This document shows positions 1 through 8,346 of a stretch of 54,988 bases of DNA, piece by piece (the stretch's first letter is position 1; every line of letters starts with the position of its first letter). Position numbers and translations under genes: made by a program. The notes beneath the pieces are model-generated. The model did no database searches and was not told where the DNA came from. It was given only the letters and a program-made list of their open reading frames with translations. This DNA comes from a virus (taxonomy: Duplodnaviria > Caudoviricetes): IMG/VR virus record IMGVR_UViG_3300012940_000004, positions 1 through 54,988 of that record. One strand, written 5' to 3'.

Positions 1-123
1 CGCCACTCGGCGCTGCAACCCAGGAGGGTTTCTGAGGGCCACTCCCAGGTTCGGGAGTGGCCCACGAAGGCGAGTCAACCAAGGCTCGGCCCCTTCTCGT
101 ACTGTGTGCTTACTCGTGATCGA
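1..123. repeat. Exact terminal direct repeat (copy 1; copy 2 at 54866-54988), most likely assembly circularisation overlap
   Basis: First 123 nt (cgccactcgg...gtgatcga) are identical to the last 123 nt; the repeat contains the start of the giant gene, so the genome reads through the join. Confidence 0.95.
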
Positions 124-583
124 TGATGGTGAGGTACGCTTCCGCGACTTCGAGCTTGGTCGCGAACCCTTCGGGCTTCTCGATACCGGCCTCACGAGCC
201 ATGTCATCGAGCTCCTTGCGGGTGTGCTGCTTCTCGAGCTCAGCAGCCTTGTGCTGCTGCAGGAGAGCCGCCTCAGTCTCGTCGCGCTCGCGGTTCGCCA
301 GAACGCGCTCCCGTGCAGCAGCGCCCGTGATCTCCTCGCCATTCACGACGATGAGCCACGGCTCACCCGTCACCGGGTCGATGTCGTCTTCGTCGCTCTC
401 GGCAGTGGGATTGTCGGCGATGGGCAGGTCGAGGAAGAACTGCTGCAGCTCACGCGTTGCGTCTGCATTCAGACGGACGCCGTCTGCCTCACCACGAATG
501 GTCAGCTCGCCCGCTTCATCTAGCGTGAAGGTCGTCAGCCCCTGAAGGCCGCCGAGCGAGATCCCGGTCGCATCGTATTGCAT
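110..583 (-). CDS. Hypothetical protein (157 aa), first gene of the leftward arm; C-terminal small helical (Rho-N/HeH-like) segment
   Basis: ATG at 583 with AAAGGAG upstream; lies directly upstream of the giant gene across the join; TRKELDDMAREAGIEK..TKLEV pattern. Confidence 0.75.
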   Translation of the reverse strand: MQYDATGISLGGLQGLTTFTLDEAGELTIRGEADGVRLNADATRELQQFFLDLPIADNPTAESDEDDIDPVTGEPWLIVVNGEEITGAAARERVLANRERDETEAALLQQHKAAELEKQHTRKELDDMAREAGIEKPEGFATKLEVAEAYLTIIDHE

Positions 584-852
584 TGCGTCTCCTTTGCTTT
601 CGGGGCGGCGGACCACCCAAGGAATGATACCGCGCCCGCCTCCCTCACGGGGAAATGCCCGCGATAGCGCCACCAAGATAGTCACCCTCCGGAACCACCA
701 GTAACAATGACCGCGTCTTTGGACCGATCGCCGGGACACGGTTTCCACCCGAGTTTCGTGCCGGGACGGTTCCGGAGACTAGGTGAGACCGGAAGAGTCT
801 CAGGTCAAAAACTTGGAAAAAACTTTTGAGCAGATCCTTGATATTACTAAAC

Positions 853-950
853 AACCTAATAGACACTATATACCCCCCTACTATTGATTATTTAGAGAAA
901 CTGTACACTAGAACGTGTACAATCACTTGGGGAAACCTAATAGACACTAT
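853..950 (+). promoter_or_regulatory. Two exact 17-bp direct repeats AACCTAATAGACACTAT (853-869, 934-950) in the AT-rich divergent intergenic region
   Basis: Direct sequence match; located between the divergent arms. Confidence 0.7.
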
Positions 951-1013
951 TTGAAACCAACTAGTCAATTTTCTGGTAGCAATACTCTACTACAACACGG
1001 GAAGGACAGTGAC

Positions 1014-1409
1014 ATGGCAAGCGGCTTTGACATCAGCGCATCCATCAACAAGATGATCGAGCTCCGTTTCCAGACTCCACAGGACAAGTCCGAAGCCTTG
1101 GCGCGGATCCATCTTCTGCTGGACATCAGCATTTCGCTCGCTGAAAAGCGCGGCGCTCAGGGGACTGAGCTCGCCGCACGCAACGACGTCATCAAGCAGG
1201 AACTCGCAGAAGCACGTTCCGTTCTCGCCGACGTTCAGCAGCGTCGCGAGGCAGGAACTGCTGCAGCCTACGAGGTCCAGGAGGCGCAAGCCGACGTGGA
1301 CGATCTCGTCCAGGAACTCGCAGCGAATCGTCAGCTGATTGCCAGCATCCGCACATTCCACAGCGACGTCATCAAGCAGGCTGACGACATCATCAAGTCG
1401 GCAGCCTAA
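1014..1409 (+). CDS. Hypothetical coiled-coil early protein (131 aa)
   Basis: GAAGGA RBS before ATG 1014; helical A/E/Q-rich sequence; followed by a terminator. Confidence 0.8.
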   Translation: MASGFDISASINKMIELRFQTPQDKSEALARIHLLLDISISLAEKRGAQGTELAARNDVIKQELAEARSVLADVQQRREAGTAAAYEVQEAQADVDDLVQELAANRQLIASIRTFHSDVIKQADDIIKSAA

Positions 1410-1416
1410 CAACAGG

Positions 1417-1446
1417 AATAGCAGCCTAATGGCTGCTATTTCTTTT
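1417..1446 (+). terminator. Intrinsic terminator
   Basis: AATAGCAGCC-taat-GGCTGCTATT followed by TCTTTT. Confidence 0.85.
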
Positions 1447-1650
1447 CACAACGCTATCACACAATAGCTAAACAATATCATCATGACCTATTGAATCTTA
1501 TTCTAGCTTCTTGCGCTTGCGCAACGGCTTAGTTGCGAAGGCCAATAACAACAAACAAACTATTCATGATTGCTAGTTCTCAATGCTGTAATGGCTATTA
1601 CAGCATGTGTCAATGCTATTGTTTGGTATGTGTCATGAAAGGATCACACC

Positions 1651-1905
1651 ATGTCCGAAATCACCACACGAAGCCAGGTACGTCGCGTTGCCGCTGCCAT
1701 GAACGCTCTCGACGACTTCATCGTCGCCGCGCTCCAGGTAGCGGAGGACGGCAATCACAACACGCTGCAGATGCTCGCAAACGAAATCGACATCGCAGCG
1801 GACTCGATCAAGGGTCGGCAACACCTGACGTTCAACCAGCAGGTTACGCTCTCGCTCCTCAGCGAGATCAAGCAGGTGCTGCGACACGAGTTCATAGTCC
1901 CGTAA
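1651..1905 (+). CDS. Hypothetical early protein (84 aa)
   Basis: AAAGGA RBS; good codon usage; followed by a terminator. Confidence 0.8.
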   Translation: MSEITTRSQVRRVAAAMNALDDFIVAALQVAEDGNHNTLQMLANEIDIAADSIKGRQHLTFNQQVTLSLLSEIKQVLRHEFIVP

Positions 1906-1910
1906 CGAGA

Positions 1911-1942
1911 GGATGGTAGCCAATCGGCTACCATTCTTTTTT
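1911..1942 (+). terminator. Intrinsic terminator
   Basis: ATGGTAGCC-aatc-GGCTACCAT followed by TCTTTTTT. Confidence 0.85.
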
Positions 1943-2100
1943 CTCTCACAGCCTGCACGCCACTGTCTCGTTTCGAGAAGCTCTTCTTGTCTCGTCCCTG
2001 AGATTCTGTGAGGCGAGTAGAAACTCTATCCATGTTTCAACGGACAGGATGGGGACTTCGGAGCCAGCTCCTGTACAAGTCAGTGTTGCTCACGGGTGGG

Positions 2101-2511
2101 CGCGTGTATCGCGCGTGTATCGCGCGTGTATCCACCCGATACACGCGCCTAGCCACCCTGACCCCATACACTACATGGGCACGTTGCCCGGCCGGGGGCG
2201 CGTGTATCGCGTGTATCCGAAAACTGGGGGAACTTTCCGTACCCTCCACTTTTCTGTTTCTTTTTTCTTCCTTCGGTCCTCTTACCTAAATCCATCAAAA
2301 CTGGATCCACGCGATACACGCGGGGGTGGCCCCATATACTGTATGGGCAGCTGGCCCGCAGTGCGTGTATCCAGCCGATACACGCGCGATACACGCGCTC
2401 ACTCGATCCACGCGCTAAATACGCAGCGTGGCTCCATGCACCGCATGGGCAGTCGGCCCGGAGTGCGCGTCTTTAGCCGCGTATTAGCCGATACACGCGC
2501 CAATATACGCG
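2101..2511. repeat. Non-coding block of CGCGTGTATC/GATACACGCG decamers in both orientations (candidate origin/iteron array)
   Basis: 10 exact copies (forward 2101, 2112, 2123, 2199, 2208; reverse 2138, 2313, 2377, 2388, 2490) plus variants, flanking a pyrimidine tract at ~2250-2285. Confidence 0.85.
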
Positions 2512-2667
2512 CTACCTGCCCTGAACACGAAGTTACGCTATTCATGAAGGCGCAGGCTTGCGCTTGTGCAGGGCTCTGCATCTGAACGGCTGTTCAGGAA
2601 TCATGGCTATTTTCCGATTCAATAGGCTATTTCATGGTAGAATAGTAATAGAGAAAGGTTATCTATC

Positions 2668-2967
2668 GTGGATGAGAGAACGAGAGAGTTGTTGGAAGCA
2701 GCGTTCCGTGACGACTCGCTGACTCTCAACGATATCTACAACGCGTTCCACTCAGTGACTGGCCTGTCGTACGATGCGTTGCAGCGTCGTCGGAACGCGT
2801 ATCGCACAGAGCACGGACTGCGCAAGCTGCGTGGTCGCCGTCCTCAATCACCTGCCAGCGCTCGCCAGAGCGAGGAGCCACCGTCAGAGTGGGTCGCCAT
2901 CGCCAGAGACTTGTCCCGAATCGCGACTGCGCTCGAGGACATTGTAACCCTGCTCAGCAACCGTTGA
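2668..2967 (+). CDS. Hypothetical, possibly helix-turn-helix DNA-binding protein (99 aa)
   Basis: GAAAGG RBS, extended -10 TGgTAGAAT at 2635-2643; basic SYDALQRRRNAYR helix. Confidence 0.7.
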   Translation: MDERTRELLEAAFRDDSLTLNDIYNAFHSVTGLSYDALQRRRNAYRTEHGLRKLRGRRPQSPASARQSEEPPSEWVAIARDLSRIATALEDIVTLLSNR

Positions 2968-2998
2968 GCAGTCCACCAACACACAAAGGAAAGACCCA

Positions 2999-3355
2999 GT
3001 GTTTATTCCCATCATGCCGCTCTGGACCGCCATCGTCGTGGTCGTGCTGCTCTTCGGCCTCGCCGCGTACTGGATCAGTGTCGCTGAGCATCGTCTCAAG
3101 CGTGCGAACCGTCGGCTGCTGCTGATCGGTGCTGAGCGCGAGATGCAGCGCGTGATCGACGGCATCAACGAGGCCAATTACGACAAGGTCTGTGCGGAGA
3201 ACGAGAAGCTCCACGTCGCGCTTCACGTCATGGTCCAGCAAGCATTTCAGGCAGTCAATCGTGACTACCGTGAGCTGAGCGATGACGACTTGCTCAAGCT
3301 CTACACGGCTGCAATGGACCACGACCACGATACCGTGGCGCGCTTCTTCGTCTGA
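2999..3355 (+). CDS. Membrane protein (single N-terminal TM helix)
   Basis: LWTAIVVVVLLFGLAAYWI followed by basic residues; AAAGGA RBS. Confidence 0.75.
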   Translation: MFIPIMPLWTAIVVVVLLFGLAAYWISVAEHRLKRANRRLLLIGAEREMQRVIDGINEANYDKVCAENEKLHVALHVMVQQAFQAVNRDYRELSDDDLLKLYTAAMDHDHDTVARFFV

Positions 3356-3360
3356 CGGCC

Positions 3361-3633
3361 ATGCACGACGGGAACGTGGTGCGCCGTGTTCTGAGCGAGA
3401 ACGTTCAGAACCCGGTCGCCTATGAGAAAGCCGTAACCTCGCTCGAGAGTCTGGAAACGGAGCTCGCACGCGTTGACGAGGAGCGCAAGCGCGCCTACGT
3501 CCTGGCCACCAACCTGTACCGCTTGCTCGGATACACTGGTGGCCTGCGCCAACGACTGACTGACGCACTCAGTGAGCCGGTGGCCGACGCCCGTGCAGTT
3601 GCAGACCGAATCATCTCGGACTACCGCGCATGA
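3361..3633 (+). CDS. Hypothetical protein
   Basis: Tightly packed in operon; ATGA overlap with next gene. Confidence 0.7.
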   Translation: MHDGNVVRRVLSENVQNPVAYEKAVTSLESLETELARVDEERKRAYVLATNLYRLLGYTGGLRQRLTDALSEPVADARAVADRIISDYRA

Positions 3634-4037
3634 ACGGGCGAGGCACTCGACACTATCCAGACGACCGAGCAGCTCGGCGCAGCAGTGAAGAGCTCGAGCG
3701 TCGTCGTGAAGCAGCGCGCAAGCGCGAAGCGTGGGCACGGGCTCAGGCTCCGCAGGTACCGAGCAGGCCGTGGACGCTCGAAGAGCTCCAGCGTCTGTTT
3801 ACGACCGAGCACACGCTGCTACAGTTCGCAATCCTGTTCAACAGGAACTACGGCGACGTTCAGAAGACGTCGGCAGCGCTGACTCGTGCATACGACGAAG
3901 CGCCCGATGAATTCCTCGAGAAGATGCTGTTGACCCCTGTCCAGATCAAGCTGGCCGGGATCAAGTACGGCAAGACAAAACCAGTGTGCGACGAGTGCTT
4001 CATGACGCCGCACGACATCAACTGTTCACACGCATAG
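3630..4037 (+). CDS. Hypothetical protein, possible HTH plus C-terminal CxxC..H..C metal site
   Basis: RPWTLEELQRL motif; VCDECFMTPHDINC. Confidence 0.7.
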   Translation: MNGRGTRHYPDDRAARRSSEELERRREAARKREAWARAQAPQVPSRPWTLEELQRLFTTEHTLLQFAILFNRNYGDVQKTSAALTRAYDEAPDEFLEKMLLTPVQIKLAGIKYGKTKPVCDECFMTPHDINCSHA

Positions 4038-4053
4038 GAAGGAACGACCATCC

Positions 4054-4284
4054 ATGTACAGCCCGCCGCGCCCTGGTCGGGGCACCCGTAAGCAGATCGA
4101 CCGCACCGAGCAGGACAAGGAGGATCTGGCCTTCTTCCAAGCGCGCTTGCAGCACTGGCAGAAGCAACTCGATGAGCTCCCGCCCGTCGGCATGAGACTC
4201 CGCAAGGAAGAAGTCCAGGCACAGATGCTCGTGCGAGAAATCAAGCGCTACGAGCGCAAGATCGCACAGTTCAAGCAGGCCTAG
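4054..4284 (+). CDS. Hypothetical coiled-coil protein
   Basis: AGGAAGGA RBS; followed by a hairpin. Confidence 0.7.
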   Translation: MYSPPRPGRGTRKQIDRTEQDKEDLAFFQARLQHWQKQLDELPPVGMRLRKEEVQAQMLVREIKRYERKIAQFKQA

Positions 4285-4295
4285 TTCGTCTAGAC

Positions 4296-4333
4296 CAGGT
4301 GGCGGTAGCCGTCGGAGACTGCCGCCACCTGTT
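4296..4333 (+). terminator. Stem-loop, possible terminator
   Basis: CAGGTGGCGGT / GCCGCCACCTG arms; weak U-tract. Confidence 0.55.
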
Positions 4334-4357
4334 CCATCAAAGAAAGCGTTTAAAACA

Positions 4358-4762
4358 ATGGCATTCAAGATCAAGCTCAAAGACCTCATCGAACAGCTCG
4401 AAGCTGTCATCGTAGATCGAGGCGAACACTATCAGTACCCGAAGACGTATACCTGCTTCTATGGTGGTCCAGACGAAGCACCCGATTCTAAGGATCGCTG
4501 CATCTATGGCGAAGCACTCGCTCGACTCGGGTGGAAGTATGATCCTCGCATCGAGAAGGCAGGCATCCGTGTGCGGCTCACCGAACGGAAACTGATCGAG
4601 CTCGAAGACAAAGTCTACGAGCATCCAGACGCTGCAGAGCTTCTCAGACTGATCGTGACTGTTCAAAGTATGCAAGACGCTGGAGACGCATACGGTACCA
4701 GCGTCAAGGATGCGGTCAATACTCTCAAAAAGCGTGCAACCGAAATGGGGCTGCTGTCATGA
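4358..4762 (+). CDS. Hypothetical protein
   Basis: ORF 134 aa, ATGA-coupled to next gene. Confidence 0.75.
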   Translation: MAFKIKLKDLIEQLEAVIVDRGEHYQYPKTYTCFYGGPDEAPDSKDRCIYGEALARLGWKYDPRIEKAGIRVRLTERKLIELEDKVYEHPDAAELLRLIVTVQSMQDAGDAYGTSVKDAVNTLKKRATEMGLLS

Positions 4763-5154
4763 ACGACGACACGCACGAGTGGCAGAAGGTCACCGGCCTC
4801 CCTACCGGCGACCGTGACTACTTCTGGAAGGGTCGAATTCGGTACGACGAAACAACGCAACTCACCGTGTACGGCATCTATGATGCTCGTGCTAAGCGGT
4901 GGCAGTGGGCTGGTACCGATAAGTTCCCTGGAGTGTCTGCTGTCTTCGATGTCGAGATCATGTACGTAATCGACGTCCCAAAAGTCGTATCGTACTACTG
5001 CCCGTTCTGTGAGACTACTCAGGAAACGCGACTGCTCAGAGATATAGACTTCAAGCTAGATCGAATTCACGGCGCATCCATGTCGCTGTGTCGACTCTAT
5101 GCACTCCAGAAGTCGGCTGAGCACGAGATCGCGCTCATCCAAAGTCAACAGTAG
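4759..5154 (+). CDS. Hypothetical protein with CPFC motif
   Basis: ORF 131 aa in operon. Confidence 0.7.
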   Translation: MNDDTHEWQKVTGLPTGDRDYFWKGRIRYDETTQLTVYGIYDARAKRWQWAGTDKFPGVSAVFDVEIMYVIDVPKVVSYYCPFCETTQETRLLRDIDFKLDRIHGASMSLCRLYALQKSAEHEIALIQSQQ

Positions 5155-5325
5155 CCGCGCACCCGCGCGGTAAAATAGGTACACGCCCAATCTCCGCCCG
5201 GCGGCTGAGGCTGCGGCAGGATCGGCACCGGCGTCCCGATCCTGTCTCGGCTCCAGTGTCCGGACACTGGGGGCAGGCCCACACAGAGCCTGTCACACTA
5301 TCATCCATATGGAAGGAACCACATC

Positions 5326-5742
5326 ATGGCCAAGGCCACTGCAGAGAAGCCTGCATTCGACGTCTCGCTGACCGACAAGCGCTCCGACAAGCGCGTCGTC
5401 CTCGACTACGTCTTCGCCCAGCGCTACGCGCCCGACCTCATCCCGCTCTTCGACCGCTACGCCGCCGACATCGAGGCCGTGCTCGCGACCGAGGGTCTCG
5501 GGGAGATCCACACGCAGATCGACACGCAGATCGCGAAGGTCAAGGAGGACGTCGAGCGTCGTCTGACCGGCGAGTACGCCGACTACGAGCTCCGTGGCAA
5601 CGGTGCCTCGTTCTGGCTGCCCAAGTCGAAGCGCCCGCGCAAGACGGATGCCGAGCGTGCGCAGGAGATGGTCGAGAAGGCGTCTCCCGAACAGCTCGAG
5701 GCGCTCGCCGAGCTGCTCAAGGCGCGCGGCGTCGAGATCTGA
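5326..5742 (+). CDS. Hypothetical, likely highly expressed protein (138 aa)
   Basis: GGAAGGA RBS, strong C/G third-position bias, own TAAAAT box at 5171 and downstream hairpin. Confidence 0.85.
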   Translation: MAKATAEKPAFDVSLTDKRSDKRVVLDYVFAQRYAPDLIPLFDRYAADIEAVLATEGLGEIHTQIDTQIAKVKEDVERRLTGEYADYELRGNGASFWLPKSKRPRKTDAERAQEMVEKASPEQLEALAELLKARGVEI

Positions 5743-5770
5743 GTGTAGGCTGGACAGCACACACTCAGTA

Positions 5771-5805
5771 GAGGGGCCAGTCACCCGGATGGGGACTGGC
5801 CCCTC
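5771..5805 (+). terminator. 12-bp stem-loop after gene 5326
   Basis: GAGGGGCCAGTC / GACTGGCCCCTC; no clear U-tract. Confidence 0.6.
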
Positions 5806-5844
5806 GTCATATTCACCTACTCTTACAGAAAGACTGAGAAACAC

Positions 5845-5982
5845 GTGAAGCACATCTGTATCATCTGCGGTGGTCGGCGTCCAGACGCGGGCCTGCTCTG
5901 GGGACTCAGCACGCCTTCGGGTCAGCCACCCATCGTAGGCTTCATTCACTCTGGCTGCAAGCCGAAGGGCCGACTTCGATAA
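5845..5982 (+). CDS. Small zinc-finger-like protein (45 aa), not in ORF track
   Basis: GTG start; MKHICIICGG...FIHSGCKPKGRLR; TAATG coupling to next gene. Confidence 0.6.
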   Translation: MKHICIICGGRRPDAGLLWGLSTPSGQPPIVGFIHSGCKPKGRLR

Positions 5983-6191
5983 TGGTCGAGATCAAGATCA
6001 CTTGCATACTCTGTAACAAGCCGAAGACAGTCACAGTCACTCAGGACGAGTATGATCGTCTCAACAATCGATTCAAGACCGGTGAGTTTATCCAGAATAT
6101 CCTGCCGAACCACTCGGCAGATGATCGGGAGCTACTCATTTCAGCGGTCTGCGGCGATTGCTTGGATGACATGCTCCAAAACGAGGAGTAA
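5982..6191 (+). CDS. Small zinc-ribbon protein
   Basis: CILC...CGDC. Confidence 0.8.
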   Translation: MVEIKITCILCNKPKTVTVTQDEYDRLNNRFKTGEFIQNILPNHSADDRELLISAVCGDCLDDMLQNEE

Positions 6192-6194
6192 CGC

Positions 6195-6548
6195 ATGGCT
6201 CGCCTCGTCCTCATCGAGTACGACGACGCTGCAGTAGCTCAAGATCAGATCATCGCGCTCAGACCGCTGTCTGCAGAAGCACGAGTGATCGGGGTCTTCG
6301 ATCGGCCCGACGCGTACTGCTCGTGCGGCGCATACGAGCGACAGGAGAATGGACCGTTCAGGAACGTCGTCCGGCTCTATGATCAGCGCCTCATCGTGTG
6401 TGCGAACTGTCTGAAGCCATTCCCACACCTAGCGAGCATTCCGAATCTCATGAGACCCGATCAGGTCAGAGATCCAGCTCGGGTTCAAACAGCGCATCGG
6501 ACCTATCTCCTGTTTCCGACGTCACTCAATCTACACCGACTGCCATAG
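6195..6548 (+). CDS. Hypothetical Cys-containing protein
   Basis: GAGGAG RBS; CSC...CANC. Confidence 0.7.
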   Translation: MARLVLIEYDDAAVAQDQIIALRPLSAEARVIGVFDRPDAYCSCGAYERQENGPFRNVVRLYDQRLIVCANCLKPFPHLASIPNLMRPDQVRDPARVQTAHRTYLLFPTSLNLHRLP

Positions 6549-6562
6549 TCAAGGAGACTATC

Positions 6563-6709
6563 ATGGGCGTCAGCGTCTACGTGCCAATGGCACTCACGGG
6601 ACCGAGTCAAGAGCTCTGTCCCTGCACTCACTTCATGTACCGGCACGACCTTTCAGGCTGCACGGTGCCCTATTGCTCGTGCATCATTCAGGGAGGACAT
6701 CGTGGGTAA
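6563..6709 (+). CDS. Small Cys/His-rich protein (48 aa)
   Basis: AAGGAG RBS before ATG 6563; CPCTH...H..GC....CSC. Confidence 0.65.
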   Translation: MGVSVYVPMALTGPSQELCPCTHFMYRHDLSGCTVPYCSCIIQGGHRG

Positions 6710-7097
6710 ACCAGATACGTTCGGTCTTGAGGTTCAAGTCCTCACTACTAAGGACGGGCTCCAGATCCCGTATCGCAGATATCGCATGGCTGCCGATTAT
6801 GGTGACGGAGATCTTCAGGCACTCGACCGAGGCTGGTGGCTGTTTGGCCCGATGCTAGGGCTCGATGCAATAGTCCTCCTGCCTATGTCAGGAACCCTGC
6901 TCACTCGAGGTAGTGGTCGCGCAGACCGAGGACGAGACATCTTGCTCGTGAAGTGCACTGAAGGCTGCTTCAACGGGTGGTGGATCTATCCTGACGTTGA
7001 CACTACCGAGAGATGCATTCACTGTCGTGGTCGAGGCACAGAGCCAGCAGGTCTCTTGATGCAGGACTACACAATCGATTCAATGACTTCCGAGTAA
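6702..7097 (+). CDS. Hypothetical protein with DnaJ-like CxxCxGxG zinc motif
   Basis: KCTEGCFNG ... RCIHCRGRG; GGAGG RBS. Confidence 0.7.
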   Translation: MGKPDTFGLEVQVLTTKDGLQIPYRRYRMAADYGDGDLQALDRGWWLFGPMLGLDAIVLLPMSGTLLTRGSGRADRGRDILLVKCTEGCFNGWWIYPDVDTTERCIHCRGRGTEPAGLLMQDYTIDSMTSE

Positions 7098-7124
7098 CCG
7101 CTCGGAATTACAGAGAGGAACCAC

Positions 7125-8222
7125 ATGAAGAACATCGTGCGAGCAACGCTCGCGCTGGTGCTCGGCGCTGGCGCTGCACTCGTTGCAGTTCCACTGTCGG
7201 CCACCGCAGTCACCGTGCCCGACGAGTACTGTCAGGCTGTCTACGAGACTCAGCCGAACCCGGACTACGTTCCGGAAGTGCCCGAGGTCTCGCACGTCGA
7301 GATCGTCGTCGACTCGCCCGAGGTGCCTGAGATCTCTCACACGGAGTATCTCTACAAGCAGCTCATCACCGGCAAGGAGAAGTGGCGCGACTCGCTGACG
7401 TGGAACCCCGGCCTCGGCTGGTACTACGCTCACGAAACTCGTGTCGTGATCGATCAGGCGTACCAGCCTGCCGTCACGCACGAGGAGACGATCATCGATC
7501 AGCCGTATCAGGCTGCGATCGGTGAGCCCACGATCGAGGTCAACGTCGGTTCGTGGTGCGAGTTGACCGTCAACTGGCAGACGACGTTCCTCACCGCTGA
7601 CCCGCAGGATTCGAACGATGTCTCGTGGCCGCAGTCGTTCCTCGGCCTCGGCACGGACTACGTGCCTGCGTGTGGCGTTCAGGTGCAGCAGGACGACTAC
7701 GAGGGCTGGCGCGAAGACATCGACGCCGTCCTCGCTGACGACTCGCTGCACGGCTCGCCGATCGAGGACTCCGCTATCGTTCAGTCGTGGCGGTTCCTCG
7801 ATGGCGGTGTCTGTGCGCCGGAGACGCCCGAACCGCTCGTTACCTACAGCGAGTGGACGGGCGGTGAGGTCAGCTGCGACGTGCCGGACGGCGAGGAGTC
7901 GCGGACCGTTACGACCACCACGTACACGGTGGTCGGCGACCCACACACCGGCTGGACGATCGAGAGCAGTGACGAGGTCGTGACCGAGACGCGCACTATC
8001 CACTACGACGGTGACTGCACCGTCGAGGAGGAAGAGCCGCCCGTGACGGAGTCGCCGAAGCCGGTCGTGCCGGTTGCAACGCCGACCGACGAGCTCGCTG
8101 AGACGGGCGCGTTCACGAGCGAGGATCAGCTCCTCTCGTGGATCGCCGTCGCGTCGCTCGCGCTCGCGGTCGGTGCGGCGATCCTGGGCCTGGTGGCCCG
8201 CCGCCGCGCCCGCCGCGACTAG
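7125..8222 (+). CDS. Secreted, sortase-anchored cell-wall protein (LAETG)
   Basis: N-terminal signal peptide (MKNIVR, hydrophobic core, ATA), acidic Cys-containing ectodomain, P/E/T linker, LAETG, TM helix, RRRARRD tail. Confidence 0.85.
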   Translation: MKNIVRATLALVLGAGAALVAVPLSATAVTVPDEYCQAVYETQPNPDYVPEVPEVSHVEIVVDSPEVPEISHTEYLYKQLITGKEKWRDSLTWNPGLGWYYAHETRVVIDQAYQPAVTHEETIIDQPYQAAIGEPTIEVNVGSWCELTVNWQTTFLTADPQDSNDVSWPQSFLGLGTDYVPACGVQVQQDDYEGWREDIDAVLADDSLHGSPIEDSAIVQSWRFLDGGVCAPETPEPLVTYSEWTGGEVSCDVPDGEESRTVTTTTYTVVGDPHTGWTIESSDEVVTETRTIHYDGDCTVEEEEPPVTESPKPVVPVATPTDELAETGAFTSEDQLLSWIAVASLALAVGAAILGLVARRRARRD

Positions 8223-8248
8223 CGGCCAGCGGCCCGCCTCTGCCACAC

Positions 8249-8297
8249 TGTGGCCCCCGGCCAGGCCACCCTCCACGGGTGGGGGCCGGGGGCCACA
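8249..8297. terminator. Long GC-rich hairpin after the surface-protein gene
   Basis: TGTGGCCCCCGGCC / GGCCGGGGGCCACA 14-bp stem with inner CCACCC/GGGTGG stem. Confidence 0.6.
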
Positions 8298-8346
8298 CGC
8301 GGCAACCTCGAGCCACTGAGGAGGGGGTGCGCCCGCGCCCCCGCCG

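Noticed and set aside
1-123. 123-bp repeat as physical direct terminal repeat
   Set aside because: It cuts through the start of the giant gene and the end of its upstream gene; more consistent with assembly overlap of a circular contig. Reads would be needed to decide.
853-870. Resemblance of TAATAGACACTATA to T7/SP6 promoters
   Set aside because: Only partial, and no T7-type single-subunit RNAP motifs were seen; treated as coincidence
2101-2511. CRISPR array or coding ORFs in the repeat block
   Set aside because: Repeats are 10 bp, in mixed orientation and irregularly spaced, with no spacer structure; the overlapping ORFs are low-complexity and lack an RBS
5180-5295. tRNA
   Set aside because: No cloverleaf, T-loop consensus or acceptor stem
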